Shown piece after piece: positions 1 to 14,111 of a stretch of 64,000 bases of DNA. Position 1 is the first letter of the stretch; each line of letters starts with the position of its first letter. The translations under genes were made by a program, and so were the position numbers. The DNA is from Paraspadella gotoi (taxonomy: Eukaryota; Animalia; Chaetognatha), in NCBI GenBank assembly GCA_051294375.1, contig CM119268.1, positions 21,449,048 through 21,513,047 of the forward strand, given 5' to 3'. A model generated the notes under the pieces. The model ran no database searches. It was not told where the DNA came from and saw only the letters and a list, made by a program, of their open reading frames with translations.

Positions 1-379
1 ATCATCATCATCTTTATATCCTCGTAACTTCTCGCCATCAGGAAAATAGGAGAAAAACCTGGAAAAGCTAATTCATGAATGACAAAGGTTTTCACCGGAA
101 AGTAGTGAAAGGCTTCGCTCTGATCGGCTTAAGTCTTACATAACGACTATTTCAACAACAGGATAACAACAACGACAAACATTTCCCTTCTCTTCCAGGT
201 TTTCGAGAAATTTTCAAGACATGTTTGGCGACGCAGCGGTTGAGCAGCACGGCCGACTCGCGGAGGCGGAGAACGCCGGGCGTGCGAAACGATTGGCCGC
301 TTTTGGGTGAGAGAGAGAGAGACGGAGGAGCGAGATATGAGCAAGAGAGAGAGAGAGAGAGAGAGAGTAAGAGGAGAGA

Positions 380-411
<32 letters not shown>

Positions 412-1914
412 TTAAATTGCGCGAAATAAAAAATAACGTGTCCCAAATGACAACAATATTAAGTAAGTGAATACGTTTTCTAATAATATCTCGTAGAGGA
501 CTATTTATTATCACGACCTTCGAACTCCTTTTCTCATGCCTCTCGTCCTCCCTTACTCCCTCCTCCTCTTCCTCTCTCCTCGCCTGACCAGATGTTTCCT
601 CTCACCCATAGCTCTTTCGCATCACCTTTCCACTCAACACAGAAAACGGATCTATCTCATATGTTTCTTCGTGGATTCGACATTCGAGGCTTGAATTAAC
701 AGATTGACCACTAACCAAAAGACCAGGTGACCACATATCGCCTTGACCAGAAAACTATGACCACGACGACACATGACCGACTCTCGTTCTGATTTTTTTT
801 TTTAATGATGGAAAGCGATTGCGTCAAACCGAAGGATAAAAATTATTGAGCTTATCTTTGACCTCACTTTTGACGGGAGGTGGGCTAGGCTTTCAATCCT
901 ATCTTACTATTCAGGACTTGTCGCTCAGTCGAGTTATGACTCCCAGATTCATTGGCTTCGCTATCAAAATGTAATCAATTTTGAGAATTAAAGAATCCAG
1001 ACGGATATTTGCATAAAAGAGGATGCAGTGACAGAAAGTTATTTGCTAAAACAACGGAAACACTAACGACGACAACAAACATACGACGTAAATTCTCTTT
1101 TTTAGGCGGAGATACGAATCGATGGGAGTGACTGCAGTTGGAAGGCGGCACAGAAATCGTGGATGGCGACGATGTGTGGAAAAGATGTGGAGAAGAAAAG
1201 AGAAGACTATCGCGAAGAGAGATAGAGAGAGTGAGGGGAGAGAGAGGAGAGAAAGAGAAGAGAGAGGTGATAAGTTAGGGAACAGGACTGAGCGATACAT
1301 CGCGAGAGAGAGGTATAACGTGAGCAGAGGAGAAGTGGGGAATAAGGAGGGCGTAAGTGGCAGAGAATATGGCGTTCCTATATTCCATTTAATTTTTTTT
1401 TTCCTCTTTTCCTTTGCCCTCTTCCTTTCTTCGTCCTCTTTCTTCACAGGAAAGAAATGAAGAAAAATTGCAAAGAACAAAGAGGCAGGCGACAACAAAG
1501 AAAGGCGGCTGCCGATGCGGGATTGGAGGGAGTCTCAAGAAGAAGACAAAGGAATGGCTTTGGGGGTAAAGATTGGGAAAGAGGAAATTGCGAGGGAGAA
1601 TCGGGAAGAAGATAAAGGGAAACGCTTTGCAGGGTGCAGAGGGGAAGAGGAATGGAGGGAGAAGGGGGAAGAAAATAAAGAAACGCTTGTGCAGGTGGAG
1701 AGGGGAAGAGGAAATGGAGGAGATGGGGAAGAAGATAAATACAAGGACTGCATCCTTTTCCCTAATTTCCTAATCAAAATCCCTACGAATTTTTTAACCT
1801 AATATCTATCCACAACCCTAGTTTTTAAACTAACTAAAATTCTGAAATTTAATCTTAAATGGAGTCCACTTTTCCAAAAATAATAATCGCAAAACGCTAG
1901 TTTTTACGATAAAT

Positions 1915-2190
1915 CGTTCAAAAAAAAAATCTTCAAAAGCATAAGGAATCGAGCCTACTTTTGTTTGATGATAACCAAATATTTGATCGATGATAACCAA
2001 TATATTGATTGCGATGATAACCAATAATTGATGCGATGATAATAAAATAACTGATGTGATGATAATCAAATGATTGATGCGATGATAGTCATTCATTGAT
2101 GTGCATGATAAATCATTCATTGATAGTGATGATAATCATTCATTGATGCGCGATGATAGTCATTCATTGACGCGATGAGTCATTCATCGT
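1915..2190 (-). mobile_element. Partial inverted copy of the Helentron/HINE-like element end found at ~40960-41190 (~20-bp minisatellite plus terminal hairpin)
   Basis: The reverse complement (AAAAGTAGGCTCGATTCCTTATGCTTTTGAAGA and TATCATCGCATCAATGAATGA units) matches 40960-41190. Confidence 0.55.
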
Positions 2191-4869
2191 AAATAAAACA
2201 AACAAAATGCCGTGTATGAATGAGGAAGAGAGAGAGAGGAGAGAGAGAGAGAGAAAGAGAAAGAGTGAGAAAGAGGCTGGTCAGTTTTCACTCTCGTTTA
2301 TATAAAGTATAATCAGAAGCTTGGACCGCCCTGCAGAGCTGAACTCGTTTTTCGACGAATCTGAGTAGGGACGAACTCTTTCCTTTCCTTTGAATGAAAA
2401 TTATAGATTGTTCTTTTTTTTTAAGAAGAAACCAGACCGAGGTCAAATTTCATATTGCATATTTAACTAATTTATAAAATATTTATCCCAACTCAAATAA
2501 TATTATTTTAAAAAAGAATAAAAATGATTAAATATATACACTAAAAAAAATTTACAATTTTAAAATTGCTTAAAAATTATTAGATAAACAAAAAAAGTAA
2601 TGTTTAATTTTACAATATCTCTCTTCTCAACTCCTATTTTAGATATAATTTGCCAATAGTGCGCCGACCGGTCAAAGTTACAGTAATAAACAAAAACAAA
2701 AAAATTTTTTGTTAGAAAGTTTATTATATATATTAAATTAATCCGCGCAATTTGCGGACATATAGCAGCTATATGTACAGCAGTGCAAGCTGATGTACAT
2801 GTGACATTGCCCTGCATTATAAGTTATTTTTCCTTTTTTCTAAAAGGAATCCATGAAAATCTCGGATGTAAATTTGGGATTTTGTATAGAGAAAAAAAAT
2901 ATAATATGCGAATAAAAGTTTTTAGAAGGAAAAAATAATAAGAATTTTCAACGAACGGTCTGTACATAGTAGAGAGAGACAGAGAGAGAAGATGAGAGAG
3001 AGACTATATATTTATCCAAAAAATATGTTATAAATAAAAAAGAGAACTAAAGAGTTCGAATCGATCAAACAAGAGCGGATATCGTTTATCCCGCCCACAA
3101 GCGACGTCGGCAAAAATGGTAAAATTACATAATTAGTGAGGTAGAAAGACACAAGAGAAGGAATCCAGAGAAGTGTGTCTAGGAAATAGATATGCGAGAC
3201 CCATAGGACTCGAGGAAAGAGACCGAGAGTCATAGTCAGGTAGTCTGGAATTACGTAATTATAATAAATTTTAATAATAAAAAAAGAGAGATGAAGAATG
3301 CAGTGAGCTAAGAGTCCCGGAGTTTACGGCAGATGACGGAGGTAAAAAAAGTGACTAAAATATTTTCAAATAGATAAAGAAAAGGCAGAGAGCGATATCA
3401 GCAGAAGCTCGTATAGAGAGAGTCATGATGAAGAGAGAGGAAGTAGAGACGGAAACGGTTACGTAATGTAAATTTTTATTGCTTTAGCCAAAGAGCAAAA
3501 GAACGAGATTGTTGAACGACAGAATGAGAACTTCGAGACGGATAGAAATCGAGGAGAGAGATGAGAGAGAAGAAAGCGACGAGAGAGAGAGACGAGATGA
3601 GAGAGAGAAAGTTTTCCGCCAACGATACGGCGCAATATTTAGCGTCACTCTTGTTTATATCGGCGTTAGCATTTCGTCAAGTTGATTTTTTTTAATAACA
3701 CGTAACGCGTTACTTTAGGTCATGTTCCTTCGCACATTGCTTTACTCGTTGCCCCCGCAACGGGCCACGAAATCCAGGTGAAAGTTTAGTTATTCTTCAC
3801 ATTTTCTCAAAAAAATCCAACGAAAATCTCAGATGTAAATTTTGTGGGATTTTGTATTGAGAAAGAAGCCGCGCGAATAAATGCGCGATGAATAAAGTTT
3901 TTAGAAGGAAGAAGAAATAATAAGAATTTTCAAAAAACGGTGAAAAGGAGTAAAACAAGATGAATAATATTTTTTTTAGCAATAAAAAAAAGAGAGAGGA
4001 GCAGTAAGGATGAGATGAGAGAGATGAGAGAGACGGAAGGGAGACGGTAGGAGAGAGAGCAGAGAGCACTGCCTGAAGCTCGTTTTTTTTATAACCGATT
4101 TCAGAAAGGGCAGCGCCTGATCAATATATATTTTTTAGAGAAAGGAAAAAAAGTAATCAGAATTTTTCAAAAAGATATCAGACACGATCACGCCAAGAGA
4201 GTCGCACACCAAAGAGAGACGAGCAGAGAAACTGAACTCGTTTTTAAATACGAATTCAGAAAACGCAGCGCCTAAAAAAAAATACTATATAATTAAAAAA
4301 TAAAATAAAGAAGAAAGGCAAAAAATGTTACAATGGTTACAATTTGGAAAACTTTTCCAACTTTTCAATCGCAGCTTTTAAAAGATTTTATTTTTATTTG
4401 TATGAAAATTAAGATATCAGTCTTCTCTCATTTAAAAAACATCCTTTGACGTCCATTGTTTATATGAAATATTTAAAAGAAAATTTTTTGAATTTCATCT
4501 ATTCAATATTATATATCCTGCAATATTGAATTAGCATAACAAGCCATTTCTACATATACTATTTGCGATATTATAATGCAGTACTATAAATATCTCATTT
4601 GCAATATTGCAGCTAAATCGCATAATGAAGTGGAAATTCAAACCTAAAAAATACTTAAATCCAAACTGTTAAATGAAAAATATCACAGCTATAAATCAAG
4701 ATGAACGATAGCCATATCTAAATTTTTAACTTACTATGATCGCACACTCTTTGGTAAAACCTGTGTATCATAATTCATAATAATTTTTATTTACACACAA
4801 TACAGAATGATTAACCTCAGTTTAGATGATAACGACAGCGCAATCTCCCACTTATAAAAAGTACATCTA

Positions 4870-5520
4870 GGTGCTCACTTGATCAATATATGAAAACACG
4901 AGGCTCAGTGACCACGACTCGGACGGATCGACGACGACGTCCTCCAACAAAGAAGCAACCCCTAAAACATCTATACGAGCCTGACCCCCTGCTTCGCGCG
5001 CCTCAAGCGCTCCAATCCTATAACAACTTTAGTAAACACAAAAAAATTACGAAATGCTTAAACCATCTACTAACGATCTGTTTCTTGTCACGAACGGACC
5101 TTTTCTATTATCACTCCGCCCACGAAAAACAAAGACACTAATGTTAACGTGTCTTCCTCGTGATCTTGCGTGTTCTTCAATAATCGGCCTTTCTATATAT
5201 ATGAGGACGTCATACCTCATGGAGGAACGAAACGCGAGAAAGAACAGGACGGGGACTGCATGCTAAAAAGAAATAAGCCAAAAAAAAACAAAAAAGTGAC
5301 GGAGGAGGGCGAAATCACCGAGCTGCATTCGGGCGGGAACGAAGAGCCGCGAGGAGGGAGAGGAGAGAGAGAGAGAGAGAACAGCCGCGAACAATTTCGT
5401 CGAATGGAATCCGACTACCGAAACATTCGCCGATAAGATTTTGACGCCACTCGCGATAAAAGGCGATCATCGAGATTTCCTTAGGATTTCCTGTAAATTG
5501 CAAGAGCATTTTACCGCCAT
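4870..5520 (+). other. Possible error-ridden exons of an upstream gene
   Basis: GC-richer, codon-like patches after an AG at ~4869, with short overlapping ORFs in different frames. No family recognised. The region looks like low-accuracy consensus. Confidence 0.2.
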
Positions 5521-7724
5521 TAATGGTCACTCACTTTCAGATCCCAATTTCGCTCCGCTCAGATATTTCATCATTTTTTTCACTTTTTGGTTTTTCTTTT
5601 GTCAATCATCTGCTTGTCTATCGATAATCAACCACAAACGAAACACTTCAAACTCGTTCTTCTATGTAGGGAATGGATTGCAGTGTGGAACGTAAATATT
5701 TTTAACTCAATTTTTTAAAAGAGAAATCGAAGTTTATCGCTTTACACCAACAACAGGTTTTTCTATCAACCTAATATCAAGAGGGAGACAATACCGTCTT
5801 CGAAATCTTTTTCGAGGCGCGACATCAGTGTTCCTCCGTTCATATTTTCAAATCTTAACCCGTTGTTTTTAAACAAACTTGCGTTTCTCTTTAACAACAA
5901 ATATGAAAGAACTGACAATCAAAGAAAATAGCACAAAACTTAACAAACAATACTCGACGTGTTTTTTATAATTTCCTTAATTTTAAATTCGTTTTTTTTA
6001 ATAGCAATAACATTTCTCACTTTTTAAATTTATTTTTCTTCTTCCATCACTCAATCCACATCGAATGTTTTCTACTTCTAATTCTTAAAATATCAGTTAA
6101 ATTATCTTATATGCATTTTCTACCTTCTTTAATATATCTATACTCTCTCCCTCGTGAGATTAAAGGCGTCCGTGCATCGAACTAATCGCGCCATGCTATG
6201 AGTTGGAAAGAAATAAACCCAAGAAGGAAAGAAAGTCAGGAAGCATGGTGCGTCGTAGTAAAGGATAGATCTATTTTAAATTGTAATCAATCCACGAACA
6301 GGCATCCCTTCGTGTTGGCATTATAAAGTCGCTTTTTCTTCTTAGTTGTTCTATCACAACTGATATAATCACGATCCTAAGCCCATCACACCTCCCTCCT
6401 TTCAACTATCTCTCTCTCTCTCTCTTCTCTCTCTTGAGGACATAGACTTAATTATGCTTATTAAATGGAATCATTACAACTTGTATGTCCAATCTTTGAT
6501 AAAATACCCTTTTTCTGATATTACCCTAAATAAATTAATAGAGCCGAAATCAAACGTGAATTAGAAACAAGCATCATCATGACCCAGAAATCTCGGGATT
6601 CAATATTAAAGGCTGGAAAACATTTTCCGAGATATGGTTGTAGGCGGGAAAGTTTGGTTCATTGATGACGTCTTTAAATCATTACAAAAGGAACGCGGAT
6701 CTATGTGTTTTAACATCCAACCCAGCTTGATTAAATTCCTTATTCCAAAAATTAAATTTATTAGAGCTTTATAGTATAAAATAGTCCAACTTTGATCTTT
6801 TTTGGTTGTATGGCGTTGAAGACCCCATTATAATGTTTTTATCATATTCGCATTTAAATGTGTACATGATTCAAAAATCCGGATAGTAGTAAGATAAACC
6901 CGGCTCATTAAACTGTTACAGTTGTTACTGTGTGTGAAACATTTCACATTTTGAGCATAATAAATCAAAACTCAACATTTTATCTTAGAATATCCTCCAA
7001 TTACTTCCTCTTCTCTCTCTCTTCTCTCTTGCCTCTCATTCCTCTCCTCCCTACTTGCGTTATTAACCCTCCCCATCTCCCTCTCTCTGTCTCTATCTTT
7101 TGCAGTCTCTCTCTCTCTCTAAATTCGCGTCCTCTCAATTACTCTCTCTCTGCCCTCTCAGTTACTCTCTCTCACCTTCTCTGCTCCCTTCTCTCTCCCT
7201 CTCTCTCTCTCCTCTCATAGCGTCTACAATACGTGAGCCGGATCTCAATCCTCCCTTAATCTCTCTCCCTCTCTTTTCAAAGCGCCTTATGTCTCTACCT
7301 ATCTTCTCTCTATCTATTCTCTCTTTTCTCTCGCTCTCATTCCTCTCTTTCTCCCTCTCTACCTCTNNNNNNNNNNNNNNNNNNNNNNNNNACTTTTGTA
7401 CCTAATCTGATAAATACCTTTTTGCACTATCTCATACTTCACTAATAAATAATATATCTCTCTCTTTATATCTATATATATCTCTCTCTCTCTCTATCTA
7501 TCTCTCTCTCTCTATCTCTCTCTCTCTCTGCCTCTCATTCCTCTCTCTCCCTTTCCCTCTTCCCTATCATTCCAATTACTTCTCGAAACGTCATAACAAA
7601 AAAGCCCAGCGGGCGAGTTATCACGCCTAACGAATGACCGACCAGTTAGCGTCTTTAATTAATTAATAAATTTAAATTATTTTTTTCAACCAAAACATCC
7701 TTTAAAACTGGCCCTAGCCGATGA

Positions 7725-7990
7725 AATTTAAATGCTAATGTATACAGTGTTAAAATAATCTATCATGAGCATAGATTATGGTATTAAAGTAATTTTTGTC
7801 TAAAATTCTTTCCTCTGAGGGTACTAGCCTAATTAAAATTCTTATATTCCTATATAGAGAATTTTTTTTTTAATCTAAAAATTTTCTGATGGATTCTGAT
7901 AGAGCATAAAAAGTTAAACAAGAAATATAATTACAGCTTTTAAATTTTTTTATATTTTCTAAGTGAAAATATTAAAAAAATAATATAATA
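7725..7990 (+). repeat. Dispersed repeat (probable DNA-transposon fragment); second copy at ~49470-49740, more distant relative near 58330-58860
   Basis: Shared blocks such as TCTATCATGAGCATAG, TCTGAGGGTACTAGCCTAATTAAAATT and GCATAAAAAGTTAAACA.GAAATATAATTACAGCTTTTAAA. Confidence 0.7.
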
Positions 7991-8556
7991 ATCGAAAAAT
8001 GATGAAGAAAATTTTTGACTGAGTGCGGCTACCCCTATTATCGGGCAGTGGGACTCTCTATCTATAAAATTGGTACAAGCAGTCTCAAAAATTATTTATT
8101 CATTAAATTAACAAGTTTTCTCGCCGTCTGAATTTGAACAGGCTTTGAATAAAAAATGTCATTTGACCTTATTTTCACAAATTTTAAATTGTATTATTAT
8201 TGTTTTAAATTGAGAAATAAGTTTAAGATTATGTTATAGATTAGGTTATGAATTAAGCTTGGGGATTAAGTTAGTGATTACGGATAGGGAATTTGAGTTT
8301 GATCATTATGGTTTAGGTTAATAAGGTTAGGGAATATTTTTTGTTTAGGGTTAGAGATAAGTGTTACGGTTTAACGCGAGGAAATGAGTTACGGTTTTTA
8401 TAATTCATTCCGATTGAATATTATGGTTATATTCAGGGATTAAGCGAACAGAAAGGCGGCGCTTTTGGAAAAGAGAGCCAATAAATTTTATGTCATTTAT
8501 TTTTATATTAATTTTGTTATCAAGTTTAATATCCCTATTCTTTCTTAACTTCCCAG

Positions 8557-9108
8557 TCTTCGGAGGAACACGAAGAAAAGTTAAGAAGACGGAGGAGGAA
8601 GTTTTGAAGAAAAAAGAAGAAATAAAAGAAATCAAGATAGAAATCTCGAGTTTGGATAAAAAAGGATATCAGCTGCTCAAACAGAAGAAGAAACTGTGGA
8701 ACGACGTCGGGGTCAGAATTGTTCTTTTGTTCTTTCACAGATGATCTGTTTGTTTGTTTATTCAGTAAAGAGGCTTTTTCGTTTGTTTTTAATCCGTTGT
8801 TGCTTTGTTAAGTTACAGTGTCATTATTTTTTTGTTATTTGCTTCCAAATCCGCGATCTTTTAATTATTTGTTTGTTTTGAAATTGATGACTCTTGTTAA
8901 GTTTCACTTAGATGTTTTTACTTTTGATTCAATTTTTATTTAATTATTCTGGTTTTCAATTTGATTACTGATTGTTTAATTATTTCTTTCTAACAATCAG
9001 GACATGCAAACCAACGTGGGAATCAAGCTTGACCGGAGCAAAGCTTGGGACGACAAGTACAAGCTCTTCATGTTCGAGCAACTGCTTGTCTCAGAAATGC
9101 AGATTTAA
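8557..9108 (+). CDS. Last two exons (8557-8711, 9001-9108) of an unidentified gene with a Lys/Glu-rich, coiled-coil-like C-terminus
   Basis: cccAG|TCTTC...GTCGGG|GTcag and atcAG|GACATG...ATTTAA join in frame as FGGTRRKVKKTEEEVLKKKEEIKEIKIEISSLDKKGYQLLKQKKKLWNDVG-DMQTNVGIKLDRSKAWDDKYKLFMFEQLLVSEMQI*. Confidence 0.6.
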
Positions 9109-9587
9109 ACAAGAGATTTTCCCAAATGCAAATATTTAAAAATAATTTAATTTAATACTTTTAAAGAATTAACCAAAAAGTCTACTAATCTCGTCCAGTT
9201 GTTATTGAAGTACACGTCCAAAAGCGCGAAGCGAAACTTTGTTTATAAAAACCAATCAATATCTAAACTGGTGAAAGCTGCTTGTTCGAACCAGAAAAGT
9301 AAATGGGATCTCTTTCTAATTGCTCCTCGACAAAAAAACAAAACAAAGCAAAACAAAGATTCTCGATTGTATTTTTTCCCTTTAATGTTAGGATTTTTGT
9401 TTCATCGTCACGTGACCATTGAGTGTTTTACATTTATTATTGTCGCAAATACAAATTTAAACAACAAAANNNNNNNNNNNNNNNNNNNNNNNNNGGTGGG
9501 GGGGGAGTGGGGGTGTGAAAGGGTGAAGTAGGGGTGTGGGTGAGTGGAGGGTGGTGGGGGAAGGGGGGGGGTGGAGAGGGGGGGGTG

Positions 9588-10820
9588 GGTCTTGCTATTT
9601 GATCACCGACAGAGCAAAGAGTGCGGACACATTGTTTGACAGGCCTGCGTTTAATAACAAAAATCATACATATTTAAACTTAAAGTAATTAAAAAACAGA
9701 ATATACGCCTACAAATGGTTTAAACTACAATGGTCAGTATCTTTTGTAATATACAATGTTAAAAAATTGTACATAGTACATGTATCTACCAACATTTCCA
9801 AATTTACATAAACAATTTCAATAATAAAAGAAAAAAATCAATAAGTAACTTACGCTGGTTTACATATTCCCTGATGGACAATATTAATATTTCTCCTTTA
9901 ACTTTTGCTTCAACATTGTTTAATTTTAAAGAGCCAACATATTAGGATGTGTTTGGGTTATTATTATCACAACTGGTTGATATTCTTTGATTGCAATCCT
10001 TATTGCAGCCCTGTTGTATGAGAAAAAAGTTTAATTTTAGTATTTTTATAAATTATTTTTTTTAAATCTTTTGAAAAGAAAATATCATTTTTCACCTATT
10101 TGACAAGGACCATAATGAGCAATGGAAGACGTTTTTTTCCTTCTTTGCCAAGACATTTAGTGATTTCAAATGCACATTTGTTTGGGTGAGTCCTTGTCGT
10201 CACGAAATCACAAAGTGGCGCTAAACAGTGGCAGCAACTTGTGTGGCCAGGCTGTGAATCGAACAAAGAAGGCAATAAAACAATCAATTGGGAAAGGCAG
10301 ATTTTGTTTCAAAGAAATATAATAAAAAATACTATAATTAAAGCAGTTTCTAATTCTCTCAACTCAGCGAATCAAAGTCAGAAGTTCTCACGGTACCGGC
10401 TTCTGACAAGGTCCGTCGTGAAACGAAAACGATGACTTCCTTCTTTCGGCCGCGAAGACATTTAGTCGACGCCGAATGAAGCATTTGTGGAATGAGTTTT
10501 GGCCGGTGAATCACAAACGGGCGAAAGTGAGCAGGGGCAATGGTTTGGCAGGCTGGGTTGACAAGGAAAGTTTATGTGAAAACTTTATATTACTGTTAGA
10601 AAATACATAATGATATTAAAGGAGTTAAATGTTAAACGGGCGTGCTTCCAACAGTAAAAATGAGAGTAATAGTAGGTAGAACGATAGTGAAAAAATACAA
10701 ACCCGGTGATTTTTGCAGAAAGAGTTTTCGTTTTTGGATCCAAAATGAATTCGTTTGATTCACAAACTTCGTCGGGAATTTGGGGAAGTTGACATCTGGA
10801 GAAAATAATCATCAGGTTGG

Positions 10821-10880
<60 letters not shown>

Positions 10881-11182
10881 ACCTCATATATTTGCATCCG
10901 CTCGCGTCTTTCTCCTCCACCAATTTCCCTCGGACAAGATGCGCTTGACGCTTCGGACAAGAGAAGCAGGACGTCCGATCTTCGCCACAATCGGTGACGC
11001 GGAAAGTTTGAACGTGATGGCGTGGGCAGGAGGAGGAGGTGGGAAATTTCTGTGAGAGGGGGAGAGAGAGCGATGGGAAGGGAGGAGAGAGGGAGAAGGA
11101 AGGGAGGTGAGAAGGAAGGAGGGAGAGGGGAAGAAGAAAAGAAACAGAAAGAAAGAAAGAAAGACAAGAAAGAAAAAAATGA

Positions 11183-11222
<40 letters not shown>

Positions 11223-13952
11223 AGCAAAGATGTTCAAATTCTGTAAAGTTCATATGATATCAAAAACCAAAAAAAAAAAAAAAAAAAAAAAATCACATTT
11301 TCACATTTTTCTTCCTTTGCGACGCATCTGGCTTCTTTGCATTCGCACTCGTCTATGATTAAATGTAAATTGCTATTAATCAATCATAATTATAATTAAC
11401 TCACCGACGATCGACTGACCGACCGACCGACCGACCGACCGACCGACCGACCGACCGACCGACCGACCGACCCACCGACCGACCGACCGACCCACCGACC
11501 GACCGACCGACCACCGACCGACCGACCGACCCGACCGACTGACCGAGCGACCGACCGAGCGACGACCGACCGACCGACGACCGACCGAAACGACCGACCG
11601 ACGACCGACGACGACCGACCGACCGACCGATCGACTTACCGACCGATCGACCGACCGATCGACTTACCGACCGAACGATCGAACGACCGCCGACGACCGA
11701 CCGACCGACCGATCGACTTACGACCGATCGACCGACCGACCGACCGACCGACCGACCGTTCGACAACGCGACCGACCGACTCACCGACCGATCGACCGAC
11801 TCACCGACGATCGATCGACTTACCACCGATCGACCGACGATCGATTACCGACCGATCGACCGACCGATCGACTTACGACCGACGATCGACCGACCGACCG
11901 ACCGACCGACCACCGACCGACCGACCTCCCGACCGACGACCGACTCACCGACGATCGATCGACTTACCGACCGATCGACCGACCGATCGACTTACGACCG
12001 ATCGACCGACCGATCGACTTACCGACCGACCGATCGACCGACCGACCGACCGACCGTTCGACCACCGACCGACCGACTCACCGACCGATCGACCGACTCA
12101 CCGACCGATCGATCGACTTACCGACGATCGACCGACCGATCGACTACCGACCGATCGACCGACCGATCGACTTACCGACCGACCGATCGACCGACGACCG
12201 ACCGACCCGACCGACGGCACCGATCGACTTACCGACCGATCGACCGACGACCGACGACCGACCGACCGACGATCGACCGACCGTTCGACCGCCGATCGAC
12301 CGACGATCGACGACCGATCGACCCACCGACCGACGACCGACCGACCGACCGACCGATTCACTCTTACCTCTGACACAACTTCTCAAGCAGCTTCGATCCA
12401 GCTCTAGATTTCTCTTCCGTGACAAATTTTCTCTCTCTGCTTCATCATCGTTTTCTTGCAACTTTCTTTTCGTATCTCCCATTTGTAGCAAAGGGCGCAT
12501 TTCCTGTAGGGTATGTTTAATTGTTATTTTTAACTTGAATATTTTCGTTATTTAAATATGATTTTGATCAAATCAATATTCTTACGTTTTTTGAAACGTT
12601 TTAATCCTGTCTACTTATTTAAATGAAACAATACGAAACATTTGTGATAATATTTTATGTCTTAAATTTTATACAATTGAAACATTATACCACTTCAATG
12701 ATAGGTGAGCGAGTTACTCTGGGAGTAAAGAAACGACAGTCGTTGATTGCAAGCTTGCAGGGACATGCTATTTCATTATCTTGTAAGAGTGATGGAGACC
12801 TAAACCACCCAAGACTGTCAAAGTCAGAGGCAAATGCTTATTTAATAAATAAATAGATTAATTTTCATATTGGTTGTACCAATTTCATATAATTTTATAA
12901 AAACAAAAATAGTTATATCTTTTTTTTAATCATTACGTAAATCCTTCATATCATACAGATCATACATATCATGTAGATAATATTCCATGTCATCGCTCCC
13001 ATGTCATGTCATGTCGTTCCATGTCATCACCTTCTTTCTCGTCGGTATAATTCCCGCTCTTCTCGTCCTCCACTCTCTTCCTTCTCGTAGCAACGAGAAG
13101 GCAAATCATTTGCGCTGAAGGGAAGCGATTCACGCAGACGTCGAGTCGGTTGACCACCACGCAATCCTTGAAGGGTGTGGCCGCATGGGTTCGTCCGGGG
13201 CACGTGACATGCAGGACTCATCGCAGCCCTGGGAGGTTGGGAGGAGGAGGAGGATGAGGAGAGGAGGAGGAGAAGAGGAGGAGAGGAGGGAAGAGGTTCA
13301 AAGTAGGGGAAGAATATCATGATGAATGAAAGAAAAAGTTATATTGTTTTAATTTACTAAGTTAAAAAGTTAATTCATGAGAAGCTATATCACGAGCATA
13401 AAAAGAAAGCATATCAAGAGAAAGAAAAAAACAAGACTGAATATAATTTTTTTTAAATATTATATTCTATGTAACGATTAACATTGTAATGAGGGAATTT
13501 GGACAGATTTGAGTTAATTCAATATCTTCAAATTTAAAAGAAACTAACATTTTGGCAGTCTTTATTTATACTAGGTTTCTTATACCCTAAAAATGTATTC
13601 ATTATCATTTAAGAATATCTTTTTTAGCATTATATATTACAAACATTTTAACCCATCTCACCACGCCTCACTTAAACTCCGGAACGTCTCCCTCACGCGC
13701 TCGCATCTCGATTCCCAACATCGGTGACCGGATGATGACGACTGTGCGGTTCGTACGTGTAGCATCGAGAGTCTTTTGCGGACAGATGTCGCTGGCGGGC
13801 AAGGGGTGCGGACAGTCGACGGCAGCGAATGATCGGACACCGAACAATCCTTTTCCCTGACGGCGTAGTGAAGCCTGGAAGAGGAAGAGGAAAGAAGGAG
13901 GAGGAGGAGGTAATAGTTTATACAATTTACAGGCTACTGCTTTCTCTCTCTT

Positions 13953-14018
<66 letters not shown>

Positions 14019-14078
14019 TTCTTCTCAATAAATATCTAACTCTATCTCAATCCCTCTCTGTTTCTCTTCTTTCTTTCT

Positions 14079-14111
<33 letters not shown>

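Noticed and set aside
147-1802. ORFs rich in LS/RE
   Set aside because: They derive from (AG)n/(CT)n and purine-rich low-complexity sequence; no domain signal.
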